Source of the DNA: Heteronotia binoei
Lineage: Eukaryota
DNA length: 64,000 nucleotides
Assembly (NCBI RefSeq): GCF_032191835.1
Contig: NC_083243.1
Span: forward strand, 190,960,001-191,024,000
Direction of reading: 5' to 3'
Made by a program: the position numbers and the translations under genes. Position 1 is the stretch's first letter. Each line of letters starts with the position of its first letter. Positions 37,621 to 48,904 of the stretch are shown in pieces. The notes beneath the pieces are model-generated. The model searched no databases, was not told the DNA's origin, and saw nothing but the letters and a program-made list of their open reading frames with translations.

Positions 37621-37989
37621 TAGTAATATAATATATACATATTACTAGCCTTATGAATTTTTTCTATGTTTCCTGCTATTTCTTTGCCCTATACACAGGT
37701 GACCATTGAGCCTTTCTGTCAGGTGGAAGGATGGCAACAGCACTAAGAGTGAAGGACAAATGAGTGTAGTTATCCTTCTGCAAATGCAGTTCTGCTGAAG
37801 GGAAGAGTCACTCCATCCTTTTGTCCTTCTCTGCTTCAGTCCACCAATCACCATGGCTGTTCCTCTACATGGTTCCCATCATCCCATGAATTATCCTTCT
37901 GAAGCTGGAAGGGGCTGCAGGAACACAAAGGAATGTAGGGTAGGGAAACTCCACTGCCTTCTGTGCATTGATGGTCAGCAACAAAAAAA

Positions 37990-38960
37990 AAACGGTAATA
38001 TCCGGATTCAGAAATATTCGGAAATAAATTTTTCGGTATTCCAGATATTAACGAATAGTGGTATTCAGATATATCTGAATATACAGATATATTTGGATAT
38101 ATATGGTATTTGGCTCCTGTTATACTGTATGGGCCATTGAAATCAATGGCAAAATAGGGTATATTGGAGCTACCTGGAGGGGAGGGGGTTTGAGGGAGAG
38201 ACCCCCAAAACTGTAGGGAACCTGCAGGGGAATCTCCCCTACAAAATCCTCAAGTCCCAAAAAGATTGGGTCAGGGGGTCCCATTCCCACCATTATACCC
38301 TATGGGCCATTGAACTCAATGGCAACATAGGGTACACTTAAAGGCTGCTGGGGGACAGCGGGTTTGAGGGAGAGCCCCCCAAAATGCAGGGAACTTGCAG
38401 GGGACTCTCCCCTACAAAACCCCCAAGTTCCAAAATGATTGGGCCAGGGGGTCCTTGTCTGTGGGCTCCCCAAAAGGCCCATTGCTACCAATGCTGGGGA
38501 AAGCCCAATTAGCCACTTCCTCCACTATAATTGCTGTGGGAAAAGTGGCTCTGGCCAGAAGAGGGTTTGAGGGAGAGCCCCCAAAACTGCAGGGCAGCTT
38601 CAGGGGACTCCTCCACATGCAACCCCCATTGCCCAAAAAGACTGCACCCATCTGTGGGCACCCCAAAAGGAACACAGTGAGAAAAAAAACAATTAGCCAT
38701 TTCCCCCACTGTAATTATTGTGGGAAAAGTGGCTCTGGGGAGCAGGAAGTTTTGAGGAGTGCCCCCAAAACTGCTGTGCAGCTTCAGGGCACTGTCCCAC
38801 ACAAAACCCACATGGCCAAAAAAAAAATTGGACCAGGGGGTCCAATTCCTGGGGGAACCAAAGTCAAACCTAACTTCAAATCAGAGAATCTCTATAGGAT
38901 CCCAATGCACTAAATCTATCTACTCTATGCACCCTGGCACCAACATAAACCCAGTTGCCA
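37990..38960. repeat. unclassified element with four diverged ~170-200-bp tandem units
   Basis: Recurrent 'gggtttgagggagagcccccaaaa..ctgcaggg' and 'gattgggccagggggtcc'. Confidence 0.6.
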
Positions 38961-39389
38961 ACTTCAGCGCCGCACAAAACACAATCTGCTTAAGGCTTTA
39001 GCAAACCCAGTGCTAGCTCTCCAGCCCTGCCCCAAACAACACGGGGAGAGCTGGCCAAGCACACCAAGCATGCTGGTTCTGGGTCTCTCACCCAGATGCC
39101 AGCTTCCCTGCCACGGAACACACAATCTACAGATGCCAGCTCTCCAGACCTGCCCCAAACAACGCAGGGAGAGCTGGCCAAGCACCAATGCAAATTTGCC
39201 TAGAATTACTGGAGTAAATCCCCAATAATAAGAGACTACTGGTGACACGGAGGCAAACTCAAGAAGACCCTCCTCCTCCTCCCGAACCCCAAAATGTAAT
39301 TCAGTCAGTGTGAAACAAAATTATGAAAAGTGCCAAAAATTTGAGAACCACGAATGTAAGACATAATGTGAAGCATGAAATCCAACAGG

Positions 39390-39720
39390 AGCTAGTACTG
39401 GGAAGAACTAAGATGCTGGCTCTCTAGTCGTTCTTCTGTTGACGATGATGAGGGTGGACGCCTCAATTTTTGATTGGGTTTAGACACATCCAGAGCTAGT
39501 TTGATGTTGAGAAGGACAACATCAGCATCTTCATTTTCAATGTGGTACGGTTTGTCCTTGTAAGAGATCTGCAGCCTCGTTAGGTTCTTCCAGGAGTAGT
39601 GAATTCTTGCCTGGTGTAATGCCTCAGTTATAGCTTTAGCTTTCAGATTACAGCATTGTCTTAGGACCCCTGCGGGTAGATCAGGATACACCATGATCTG
39701 GTCATTTCTAAATGAGAGGT
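39390..39720 (-). mobile_element. old L1 ORF1 C-terminal fragment
   Basis: ORF 39392-39694 (VYPDL...ARIHYSW...LQISY). Confidence 0.6.
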
Positions 39721-41949
39721 GCCCTCATACCTTAAAATTCTTAGCCAGTTTGGAGTTGCCTTGTGGAAGTCAACAGGGCCGAACCAGAACAGTCTTGCTT
39801 CCAGGAGAGAATTTCCAACTCCAGTAAGTGTCATTTGTGTATCTTAGTTTATCTGAACAGAGCACACACACACATATGCCCTGGGTGAAGAGGACCAGAA
39901 CCAGGTGCAATACGAAGGGACTATAAAGTAACCACTGGCCCTGGGGATTCACAGTTTTTAAATTTCCCTAGCACATGACACAAGAGGCATTATTCAAAAG
40001 CCCAAGGTGAGCTACTGACACACTTCATTGTTGCTTTTGATTTTACATTTCCCTATTGACTTCACTACTCCAATAGAGGAAAGCAGAGTCCTAAAATAGA
40101 ACCTAGGTCTCTCGAAATTGCCTTACAGATATGTAAATACTGTGTTTTCAGATCCCACAAGTTTTCTTTTTGGGTGTGTGTGTGTGTGTGTTAACCAAAT
40201 TTATTAAATTTTGCAATATACTGAAATGCATTTCGAATAATAAAAAAGAGAAAAAAGCAACAATTCAATCCTTATCAATACATTACACATTTTTTTTCTC
40301 ACTTCCCCCACCTCTTTTCTTTAACCTCCGTCGGTGCTTCAAGCTATAGAAAAAAAACAATTAAGGTATCATCCATTTTAGAATCTTGCACTATAAAACT
40401 TACATATAATCTAATAACATATCTATATCTCTATTTATAATTCGGTCTTCTAGCTTTCCTTCAGGACATTGTTAACACATCCTGAACTTATATATCTCAA
40501 TATACTAAATCATATCACCTTAACCTTTTAGTTCACCCATAGTATTACACTTATCTTTCATCTATTATCACACCAATTATAGTTATTTATTATAATTATC
40601 TCTATATTTTCTAAAAACTAATAAAAAGAGCTATCATATATTGATTCAAAAAATTCTTTCTAATCATCTATCTCCCTCATTTCCCCCAATTTCAGGTTAT
40701 ACTTTCAAAAACCACCAAATGTCTCTTAACTCTCCATTGCTTTTCAATATAGTCCTGAAACTTCTTCCATTCATCTTTAAATTTTTCTGCATCACTCTCT
40801 TTCAAGATTCTAGTAAGTCTATCCATTTCACTCCAATGTAAAATTTTTAAAATCCAGTCCCATTTATCTGGTATTTCAGCTTGCTTCCACCTTTGTGCAA
40901 ACAATGTTCTTGCAGCTGACAACATATACCACACCAAAGTCCTGTCTTGCTTCGGAAAACTTTCCATTTGTAATCCTACCAGAAAGGTATCTGGTGTCCT
41001 TTTAACTCCACATCCCCAAATCTTTGACATCTCTTGTCGGATCATTTGCCAAAATTGTCTCGCTTTTTCACAAGTCCACCACATATGGTAAAAAGAGCCT
41101 TCATGCTTTTTACATTTCCAGCACCTTTTTCAATTGGATCATTCAATGTTTCTTTCATCATTTCTGTTGTTGGATTTACCTTCACATTTTGTAAATAAGC
41201 TTCTATTCTTTATCAACTCGCTGGCCTTTAAATAAGTTAGCATAGTACTTGTAGTACTTGTAGAATTCTCTTTTGATGCCCTCCTGAACTACAATTTCTT
41301 TGACACCTGTTTTAATCTTGTTTATGTATTTATTTTCTCTTCTTTTCTTCATTTGCCACACCAAATACTTTCCAGGTTTATCTGCCCCTTCAAAAGATTT
41401 TTGTTGGAGTCTTTTCAAATTCCACTCCACCTCTTTATTCAGTAAATGACTTAACTAGCTCTGTAAAACGACCCTTGGCACTTACCGTGAGGGGTCCTTC
41501 TCCTAGGAGGAAAGGAGGACATCTTGGGTGCTTTCCCACCGTCCAATCAGGGAGGCAGGAATCAAAACTTCCTCTTCCTGTGGCTGTGGGGAACCACCCA
41601 TCTTCAGTTCGGGTGACTCCGAGCAGCAGTATAACGTTAACTGTATCTATAAAAATAAAAACTTCTAACAAGTGAAACAACAACAACTATTAGTCTGTCG
41701 GTGCCCATAAAGGAGATGGGCGATCGACGAAGGTATAAACTTTATTGATAGGAAAAGTAGGGAACAGGCCCGAAGGCCAAGTGGAGAATTCAGCTGCCCG
41801 AGGTAGGGCGATAGATGGGAGGGCAAGATGTCCTCCTTTCCTCCTAGGAGAAGGACCCCTCACGGTAAGTGCCAAGGGTCGTTCTCCCTAGGAGGCGGAG
41901 GACATCTTGGGTGCTCCTAGAGCAGTAGGTTACTTAGGGAGGGATCGCC

Positions 41950-43020
41950 CTACTCAGGCAGTACATGCTGTAAGATTCGTCTACCGAAGGCCGCATCCGC
42001 CGACGCGTAAGAGTTCAGCTTGTAGTGTTGAACGAAGGTGGAGATTGACGACCACGTAGCTGCCTTACACACTTCCTCGACTGAGGCGTTCCTGCTGAAG
42101 GCTGCGTTGGCGGCTGCGCTTCTGGTCGAGTGTGCTGTGATCCCAGGCGGAACCTCGAGGTGCAAGGCCTTGTAGGCCTCCGCTATGCACTGCTTAATGG
42201 CATGACTAATGGCCGACTTGGACATCTTTTGCCCCAATCTGGGTGCAGAGATATTGATGAACATAGAGTCTGACTTACGTAGTGACTCTGTTCTAATCAG
42301 GTAGACTTTGATCGCCCTGCGCACGTCCAGGGTGTGCCAGGTTCGTTCCTTGGGGTGTCTGGGATCCGGACAAAAGGATGGTAGGTTGATCTCTTGATTT
42401 TGGTGGAATCTGGATGACACCTTTGGTTGGAAGGTAGGATCCGGGTAGAGTACGACTTTGTCCTTGTGGAACACGCATAGCTCCTTCCTAGCAGATAGAG
42501 CTCCTAACTCGGAGACCCTTCTGGCCGATGTTATTGCCACCAGGAAAATCGTCTTCATGTGAAGCATCTTTAAGGGCACTTGCATGAGCGGTTCGAAGGG
42601 TGGACCTGTTAGGGCGGTCAGCACTGGGTTCAGCCTCCAGGTCGGGAACCGATGGGTCTGCGGTGGGGAGCTTAAGGAAGCCCCTCTAAGGAACCGTCGG
42701 ATGTGAGGGTGAGACGACAGGGATACACCATCCACCTGCTGAAGTACTGATGACAGTGCCGCGATCTGGCGTTTGAGGGTGGCTGGCTTCAGGCCGGACT
42801 GTAGCCCATCCTGAAGGAATTGTAGCACCCTGGGAACAGTAGGGTGTAATGGATCCACACTCTTTCTCCGGCACCACCTGTGGAAGGCTTTCCAAGACAT
42901 GTTGTAGATCCGCGTCGTGGATTCCTTTCTGGATGCTAAGATGGTATTCGTCACCTCGCTGGTGTACCCTAGGTCTAGAAGCGATCTCCTCTCAACCTCC
43001 ACGCGGTCAATCTCAGCCAT
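41950..43020 (-). CDS. DIRS tyrosine recombinase (open, from MAEIDR)
   Basis: ITSARRVSEL (R), AHSTRS (HxxR), AATW (W), FVQHY (Y). Confidence 0.92.
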   Translation of the reverse strand: MAEIDRVEVERRSLLDLGYTSEVTNTILASRKESTTRIYNMSWKAFHRWCRRKSVDPLHPTVPRVLQFLQDGLQSGLKPATLKRQIAALSSVLQQVDGVSLSSHPHIRRFLRGASLSSPPQTHRFPTWRLNPVLTALTGPPFEPLMQVPLKMLHMKTIFLVAITSARRVSELGALSARKELCVFHKDKVVLYPDPTFQPKVSSRFHQNQEINLPSFCPDPRHPKERTWHTLDVRRAIKVYLIRTESLRKSDSMFINISAPRLGQKMSKSAISHAIKQCIAEAYKALHLEVPPGITAHSTRSAAANAAFSRNASVEEVCKAATWSSISTFVQHYKLNSYASADAAFGRRILQHVLPE

Positions 43021-43748
43021 TCTGGGCGGGGGTGCCACACTGGTCCCTGCAGCAGCATGTCCGGCCCGGTTGGTAGGTGGAGGGGTTGCTCCGCCGACAT
43101 CTGCTGGATTGAAGAGAACCAGGGACGCCGAGGCCACCAGGGCGCAACTAAGATGACTTCTGCCCCCAGCGACCTGATCCTTCTGAGAACTTTTGGGATG
43201 ACCGGGATTGGCGGGAAGGCATACAGGAGACCTTGAGGCCACGGGGATGTTAGGGCGTCTGTGGCCTCCGCCTGACTGTGAAAGTACCTTGTGAAGAACC
43301 GGGGCAGCTGGTGATTCTGCGGAGATGCGAAGAGGTCCAGGGTTGGCGGGCCGAAGTGATCCACTATCTGTAGGAATATAGTCCTGTTGAGAGACCACTC
43401 CCCTGCCTGGATGCTCTCTCGACTGAGCCAGTCCGCCTGCACGTTGTGCGCCCCCTTGATGTGTTCTGCTCTTATTGACTTCAGGTGAAGTTCTGCCCAG
43501 CCGAACAGTTTTCCGGCCTCCCTGTAGAGGGAGCTGGACCTGGACCCCCCTTGATTGTTTAAGTAGGCCTTCGCTGCTATGTTGTCCGTTCGCACTAGGA
43601 CGTGTTGGCCTGAGACCTGGTCCTGGAAGTGTAGGAGGGCTAGGCGAACTGCCCGAGGCTCTAGTAGGTTGATTGGGAGGTTCGATTCCCTGGTCGACCA
43701 CTGGCCCTGTGTTGGGATCTCGTTGAGGGTTGCCCCCCAACCGGAGAG
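42975..43748 (-). pseudogene. DIRS pol C-terminal part: RNase H (first Asp lost) plus N6-adenine methyltransferase-like domain
   Basis: LSGWGA, INLLEPRA, RTDN, NVQADWLSR (RH); LDLFAS and YAFPP (MT-like); no RT upstream. Confidence 0.88.
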
Positions 43749-45519
43749 TCCCACCTGGAGACAGGCAACCTTACAAAAAACAAAGTAGTATGCACATCTT
43801 CCATCCAGGTATTTCTCTGGCTGGGAAGAGGCTGTCTCTGTGAGAGACTGCAATATTAAAAAAGTTTGGTAATGAACAACTTTTGAAATTATATCTTTTT
43901 AGACCCAAAATCAGAAGATGAGAATTCAAAATAGCACAAAAAATACCTCAACTGTATTTCCACACTATTTCCACCCTCCCCCCCCTCCAGATGTGAAAGG
44001 AGGGGAAGGTTTGAACAGACAAACCAAAATTCCTTCCCTCTTGGATTAGGTGATGCTTACCTTAACAAAGGCTAAAAACAGACACAATGGATTTGGCCAG
44101 TACTCTTATCTGACCCTGATAAGTTTTTACAAAGGAAAGGTGGAGGGGGAGAATAATGAGCTTTCTGCCTGGGTGGGACTCAAAATTGTAACTCTTTCCA
44201 GTTTCTTTAACTCAAGCTGAATTTGGCTGAGTTTAATTCAAGAGGGTCTGCATGAGATTTGCCAATCAGTACTACATTAGTTGTTGCTGCTCCTGCAGCT
44301 GGAGGTTCTACTTTCTGTACTTTCAGATTTAAATGACAAACTTGCCCATTTGAGGTTAGCTGTCTTGTGTTACTGTGACCTTTGAGAAGGAGAGGCAACA
44401 CCTCTTATATTACAAACACTGAATTTGATCTTTTCTGAGGCTCTGCAAGAAAACTTTCCTAGCCAGCCATCCACTGGAAGATATTGGGACAAGTTCTGTA
44501 CAAGAATGGTGGCAAACCAAAAACTGTGGTTCCTCTTGCCACTGGCTAGTTATAGGTCTATAAGAAAATGAGGCTTTCTCTCAAAGACACTGAGTTGCTT
44601 GTACCTTAAGGAGACCTGAGATAAACAAAAATTTAATTTCTCAGGGCAATGCATTTAAAATTCTATTCCTTTGCCTTAGTTGCTTATCAAATCTTTACTG
44701 CTACAGATTTCCATTGAGCAAGAGGGAGAACAATTAGCATTTCTTCCTGATGGCAGGAGTGCTGAGCATTTGCATATTTTAGCCAGTTCTATTTGGGCTA
44801 ATCTGCAGGCACTCTGTACAAGCTCAGAGGCTATACCATTTAAATTTCATAGAACTGAGGAAATAAATATTTCCTGACTTTATAAGCAAGAGAGAGAAAG
44901 ATGAACTTGGGAGTTTCACAGATTTTCATTCAGCCAATTTGAAAGTTAAAACTGGTCAGTTTCTTACATTTTGCTATAAATGCTTTGAATGAATAAAAAC
45001 TAGTTCAATCTCTCTTTCTCAGGTACTTGATGCTGGCATCTTTAAAGGGTTAACCTAAATATATTACATCAAGCTCCCATTACCCTGCAGAGAAAACTAA
45101 CTCTGCAGGCTGGAACCCTTGCTGGGATTCCAGGAGATCTCCAGGCCTCACCTGGAGAAATGGCCTGGTCTAATTGTAGTCCAAGTCATTGCTTGTATGT
45201 TTTCTTGTTTAGTCAAGGGAAAAGGCGCCCTTGTTACCTTTAAACCTAATAAAGCCAGATCTCTCTGTTTTAAGAGACATACAAGTCTAGATGTTAGATT
45301 TTCCTTTGGGTAGGGGGGGAGGTTCAGAGACAAAGGAACCTTGCCTGCCCATGCGGGACAACCATTCCCTGAGGTTCCACAGAATTCTGGCTTTCAAATT
45401 CCCCAAATGGGATGAGCTAAAGACAGAAAATTTCTGGCGTAAAGGGCTGAGGCTTGCTCATGTAGCAGTGTCTGGAGCAAGTCCTTGCTAAAGGAATACC
45501 TTGTGCCATAAGTGGGGAA
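43749..45519. other. foreign host-like DNA inside the DIRS
   Basis: AT-rich, CpG-poor, no DIRS homology; contains MITE-end remnants at ~43750-43772 and ~45120-45160. Confidence 0.75.
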
Positions 45520-46630
45520 CTCTGCATCTTCTGCTAGTAGACCCTGGGACTGTAGATCTGCCACAGGTGCATCAACCAGGGGAACCTGCAGTAAGTTATT
45601 AGCAAAGGCAGGTAGCTCATATAGCTTCTTAAAAGAGTTGGGAACCTGCCTGCTGGTACTTGGTTTTGCCCATTCGGCTCTTAGCTGGCGCTCGAAGAAC
45701 TCTGGAAAGGGGAAGATCCTGTCAGAGGGTCGGTGCCTGGGGAAGAACTCTGAGTTCCCCTTGGGTATGTTCCTGGTGGCTAGTCAGGGGGTTGACAACC
45801 TCCTGGTCCTCTGGCGACCCTTGGAGGTCCAGAGCAGCCAGCACTTTGGGTAAGAGGGATTGGAACTCCTCTGCCCTGAAGAAGCGTGAGGAGGGTTCTG
45901 GTACAGTCGTACCCTCTATCTCCTCATCCGATATGAGTTCGCCCTCCTCCCTTTCCCCCTGTTCTGACTCATCTGAGTGATCCCAGTACTGGGATCTCTC
46001 GCCCTCCAGGGAGTCACCGGCTATGGAGTCTCTGGTGGCCCTGTAATGGGAGCCCCGTTCCCTAGACCTTTTGGGTGAGGGGGACCCGGGAGGAGAGGGT
46101 GGGCTAGAGGGCCTTGGCCTCTTGAGGGTGGCTGCCTCAACTGCAGCTCCTACAGTCTGCCTGATTGATTCTAGGAAATCAGAAAAACAGAGAAGGTCCC
46201 ATCATGGGTACATTACCCAAGCCCGTCTGGGGCTGGAGGGTCTGCGTGGCCTCCTGCTGCGGCTGCACCTAGAAGGTGTCGAAATCTCCCGCCTGGAGGT
46301 TGGCATGGGGGGTTCCCCGCCCCTGGAGGCTGCTCAGTTGCTGGTCCCCGTCCTTCCGTGCGCGTTTGCGCTTTTCAAAATGGCCCTCGTGGCCAGGGCA
46401 GCGCTCTGAGGAGGAAGTCTCCTCTGCTGCCGAGGACGACCAGCGCCGCTTCCGCTCCGCTCGCTCCTCTTCGGATCTTCTCCCTGTTCTGCCCCTACAG
46501 GGCACGTTGCCGGCAGCCGCGGCAAGCCCCGTGGTCATGCCGGCTCCGGGAAGCGGCCTCTCGGTCCCGCGCGATGCGCAGGCAGCCGAGTCCTCGTTGG
46601 GGCAAGCGTCCTTTGCCCTGCGCGCCATCT
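45520..46630 (-). pseudogene. DIRS ORF1 (gag-like), disrupted and C-terminally truncated
   Basis: EEGELISDEE, FERQLRAEWAKP, QVPLVDAPVADL; TGA at 46202-46204 and a frameshift near 45785. Confidence 0.75.
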
Positions 46631-47024
46631 GTTCCGCGCCGCGGCTTGAGTGCAGCCCGAGCCGCCGGCGCGCTGCTTCTCTTGGGGGGGGGGGGATTCG
46701 AGAATCCCCAGGAGCAGAGAAGCCAAGAAGCAAAGAAGCAAGGAAGAAGTATTGGCAGGTGAATAAGGATCCAAAGAAGCAGTAGAGAAAGCTTGGTAAG
46801 ATGAATAGAAGGAAGGAGGAAGAAAGATCTTTTTTTTTTTTTTTGAAAGGAAAGGCACTTAAAGGGATAGGACCTATCCTAAGCACATGCTCTCCCTGTC
46901 GAGGCAGGAAAGGAACTGAAGATGGGTGGTTCCCCACAGCCACAGGAAGAGGAAGTTTTGATTCCTGCCTCCCTGATTGGACGGTGGGAAAGCACCCAAG
47001 ATGTCCTCCGCCTCCTAGGGAGAA

Positions 47025-48035
47025 TTGTAAGTTCTCGCAAAATCTTCTTTTTCCCCGGTCTCTTTCTTAATTCAATTTCTTTTTTCCTTATTTCCTTTTG
47101 TAAGTCCAACAATTGCTTTTCATTTGCCCTTCTATCCTTATTATTCAATGTAATTAATGTTCCTCTCATCACAGCCTTATAGGCATCCCAAACCGTTTGA
47201 AATTGTACCTCTTGGTTGTTATTTATTTGGAAAAAAGCTTTAGTTTCTTTTTCTAGAAATGCCACTACTTCCACTTTCTGTAATAAGTCATCATTTATCC
47301 TCCACCTCCTCTCTTTTTTCCTCCCTTTAGCCAACCATATCAACCGGTTATGGTTTGCACCTATTTTCGGAAGAATCTCTACTTTTTTTGTGATCGATCC
47401 CAGCTCTTTTGTAGCCCATAACATATCAATCCTAGAAAAGGTATTATGTCTGGCTGAAAAGAAAGTATAGTCTCGTACCCTGGGGTTGAATTTTCTCCAC
47501 ACATCTTCTAAGCTCTCTTGTTTGATTAGTTCAAAAAAATGCTTTAGGTAGTTTCCCATCTGCATTTTCCCCCCAGATTTATCTAAGGAGTTCTGGATAG
47601 TTCCATTAAAGTCTTCCATAAGCATTATCTGATCGTATGTTACTTGATCCAATTGTTTCATAATATCATTGAAAAAGTCACTCTTAGCCCCATTAGGAGC
47701 ATAAAGTCCCAACAAGAGAGTCTTTTTGCCATACATCACAACTTCTACTGCCATATATCTATCTTCGTTATCTTTAAATATCAGTTTTTGACTCCAGCTC
47801 CTTTTTTATATAAAAAATCACTCCCCTTTTTTTTCTTTAGTCAATGAACCAAATTCTTCCCCTAAAGATTTATTGTGTAAAAATTTGTAATCCGATTGTC
47901 TAATATGCACTTCTTGTAAACAAATTATGTTACATTTTTTGTTTTGTAATCCAATGAAATGTTGCTCTTCGTTTTTGCGGTGAGTTTAGGCCATTAAAAT
48001 TCCAAGAAATTAATTTGTAACCGTAATGATTCTTC
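47025..48035 (-). pseudogene. L1 ORF2 APE endonuclease region
   Basis: LGLYAPN, DFNG, DYTFFSARHNTFSRIDM; ORF 46879-47754 runs on into the DIRS end. Confidence 0.88.
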
Positions 48036-48070
48036 AATTAAGCTGTGTCCCCAAAATCCTTATTGTCCTT

Positions 48071-48904
48071 CTAAAACCCTTCCATGCCTTGAATGTCTAT
48101 TATGGAATACTTCAGCCCTTTATGCTCAAAAGGAAGTCCGGCTGGTAAAATCCATCTATATCTTGTACCTTTTGCCCTTAATTTATCCGTCAAAGGTTTA
48201 AATTGTCTTCTGTCACTGATGACCTTCCTTGGTAGTTCCTTCATTATTCTGACTCTGCTCTCCTCCACCACCAATGCTTTTTCAAATTGTTGGCTCAAGA
48301 TCCTTCCCACTATATCTCTAGTGGTAAATTTAATTACTGTGTCTCTTGGCAATTTACGCCTTCTGGCAAACTCTGAATTGACCCTGTACACGTAATCACA
48401 TTGATCTTCAGTCTTCTCTGGATCTTCACCCAAATATTCAGCAATAATAGTCATAATATATATATATTTTAAGTCCTCTTGATTGTTTTCTGGCACCCCC
48501 CTCAGACGTACAAAGTTCTCCATCAGCGTACAGTCTTGTAGTAGAACTTTTTCCTGTATTTTATTTATTGTAACATCTTGATTTGTAACTCTGTTTTCCA
48601 CCTCTTGAATCTTCTGTGTTGTTGCTTGTGACTCCTTCCTCAGATCTTCAATTTCTTTCTTGATCTCTTTCTTTACAGCTTCAGCACTGGAATTTATTTC
48701 TTTTGTTAGTTCCTTCATTATATCTTTTGTTATTCCTTTAGTCTCTTTAGTCAACTTTTTCTCACTTGTAGTAATCAAATCTTTCATTGCCTTTGTTAAT
48801 CTGGCCTCCATAGCATCCAGCTGTTCTTGGGCAATCTTAGACATTTTGCCCTCCACTGAGCCAACTCTTCCACGCGTTCTTAGTTTGTATTTTGGATCAG
48901 ACAT
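48071..48904 (-). CDS. L1 ORF1p (coiled coil, RRM, CTD), 277 aa open
   Basis: Heptad-rich N-half; NFVRLRGVPE, YVYRV, PRDTVIKF, RYRWILPAGL. Confidence 0.85.
   Translation of the reverse strand: MSDPKYKLRTRGRVGSVEGKMSKIAQEQLDAMEARLTKAMKDLITTSEKKLTKETKGITKDIMKELTKEINSSAEAVKKEIKKEIEDLRKESQATTQKIQEVENRVTNQDVTINKIQEKVLLQDCTLMENFVRLRGVPENNQEDLKYIYIMTIIAEYLGEDPEKTEDQCDYVYRVNSEFARRRKLPRDTVIKFTTRDIVGRILSQQFEKALVVEESRVRIMKELPRKVISDRRQFKPLTDKLRAKGTRYRWILPAGLPFEHKGLKYSIIDIQGMEGF

Larger units (their letters stand above)
41467..47024 (-). mobile_element. DIRS1-type YR retrotransposon, non-autonomous (RT replaced)
   Basis: 97-bp identical ITRs (41514-41610 / 46913-47009), right extension 41467-41513, ICR 41824-41915 complementary to both termini, AATAAA at 41741-41746. 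Confidence 0.92.

Noticed and set aside
41950-43740. 596-aa ORF as one protein
   Set aside because: Only the part from MAEIDR (43020) is YR; the upstream ~240 codons are the alternate frame overlapping RH/MT, which is usual for DIRS1
46171-46216. Apparent 46-nt intron or strong acceptor in DIRS gag (gtaatg...ttcctag, minus strand)
   Set aside because: Too short for a typical vertebrate intron, and the tract translates naturally as WDLLCFSDFLESIRQTV; the upstream TGA is more simply a point mutation
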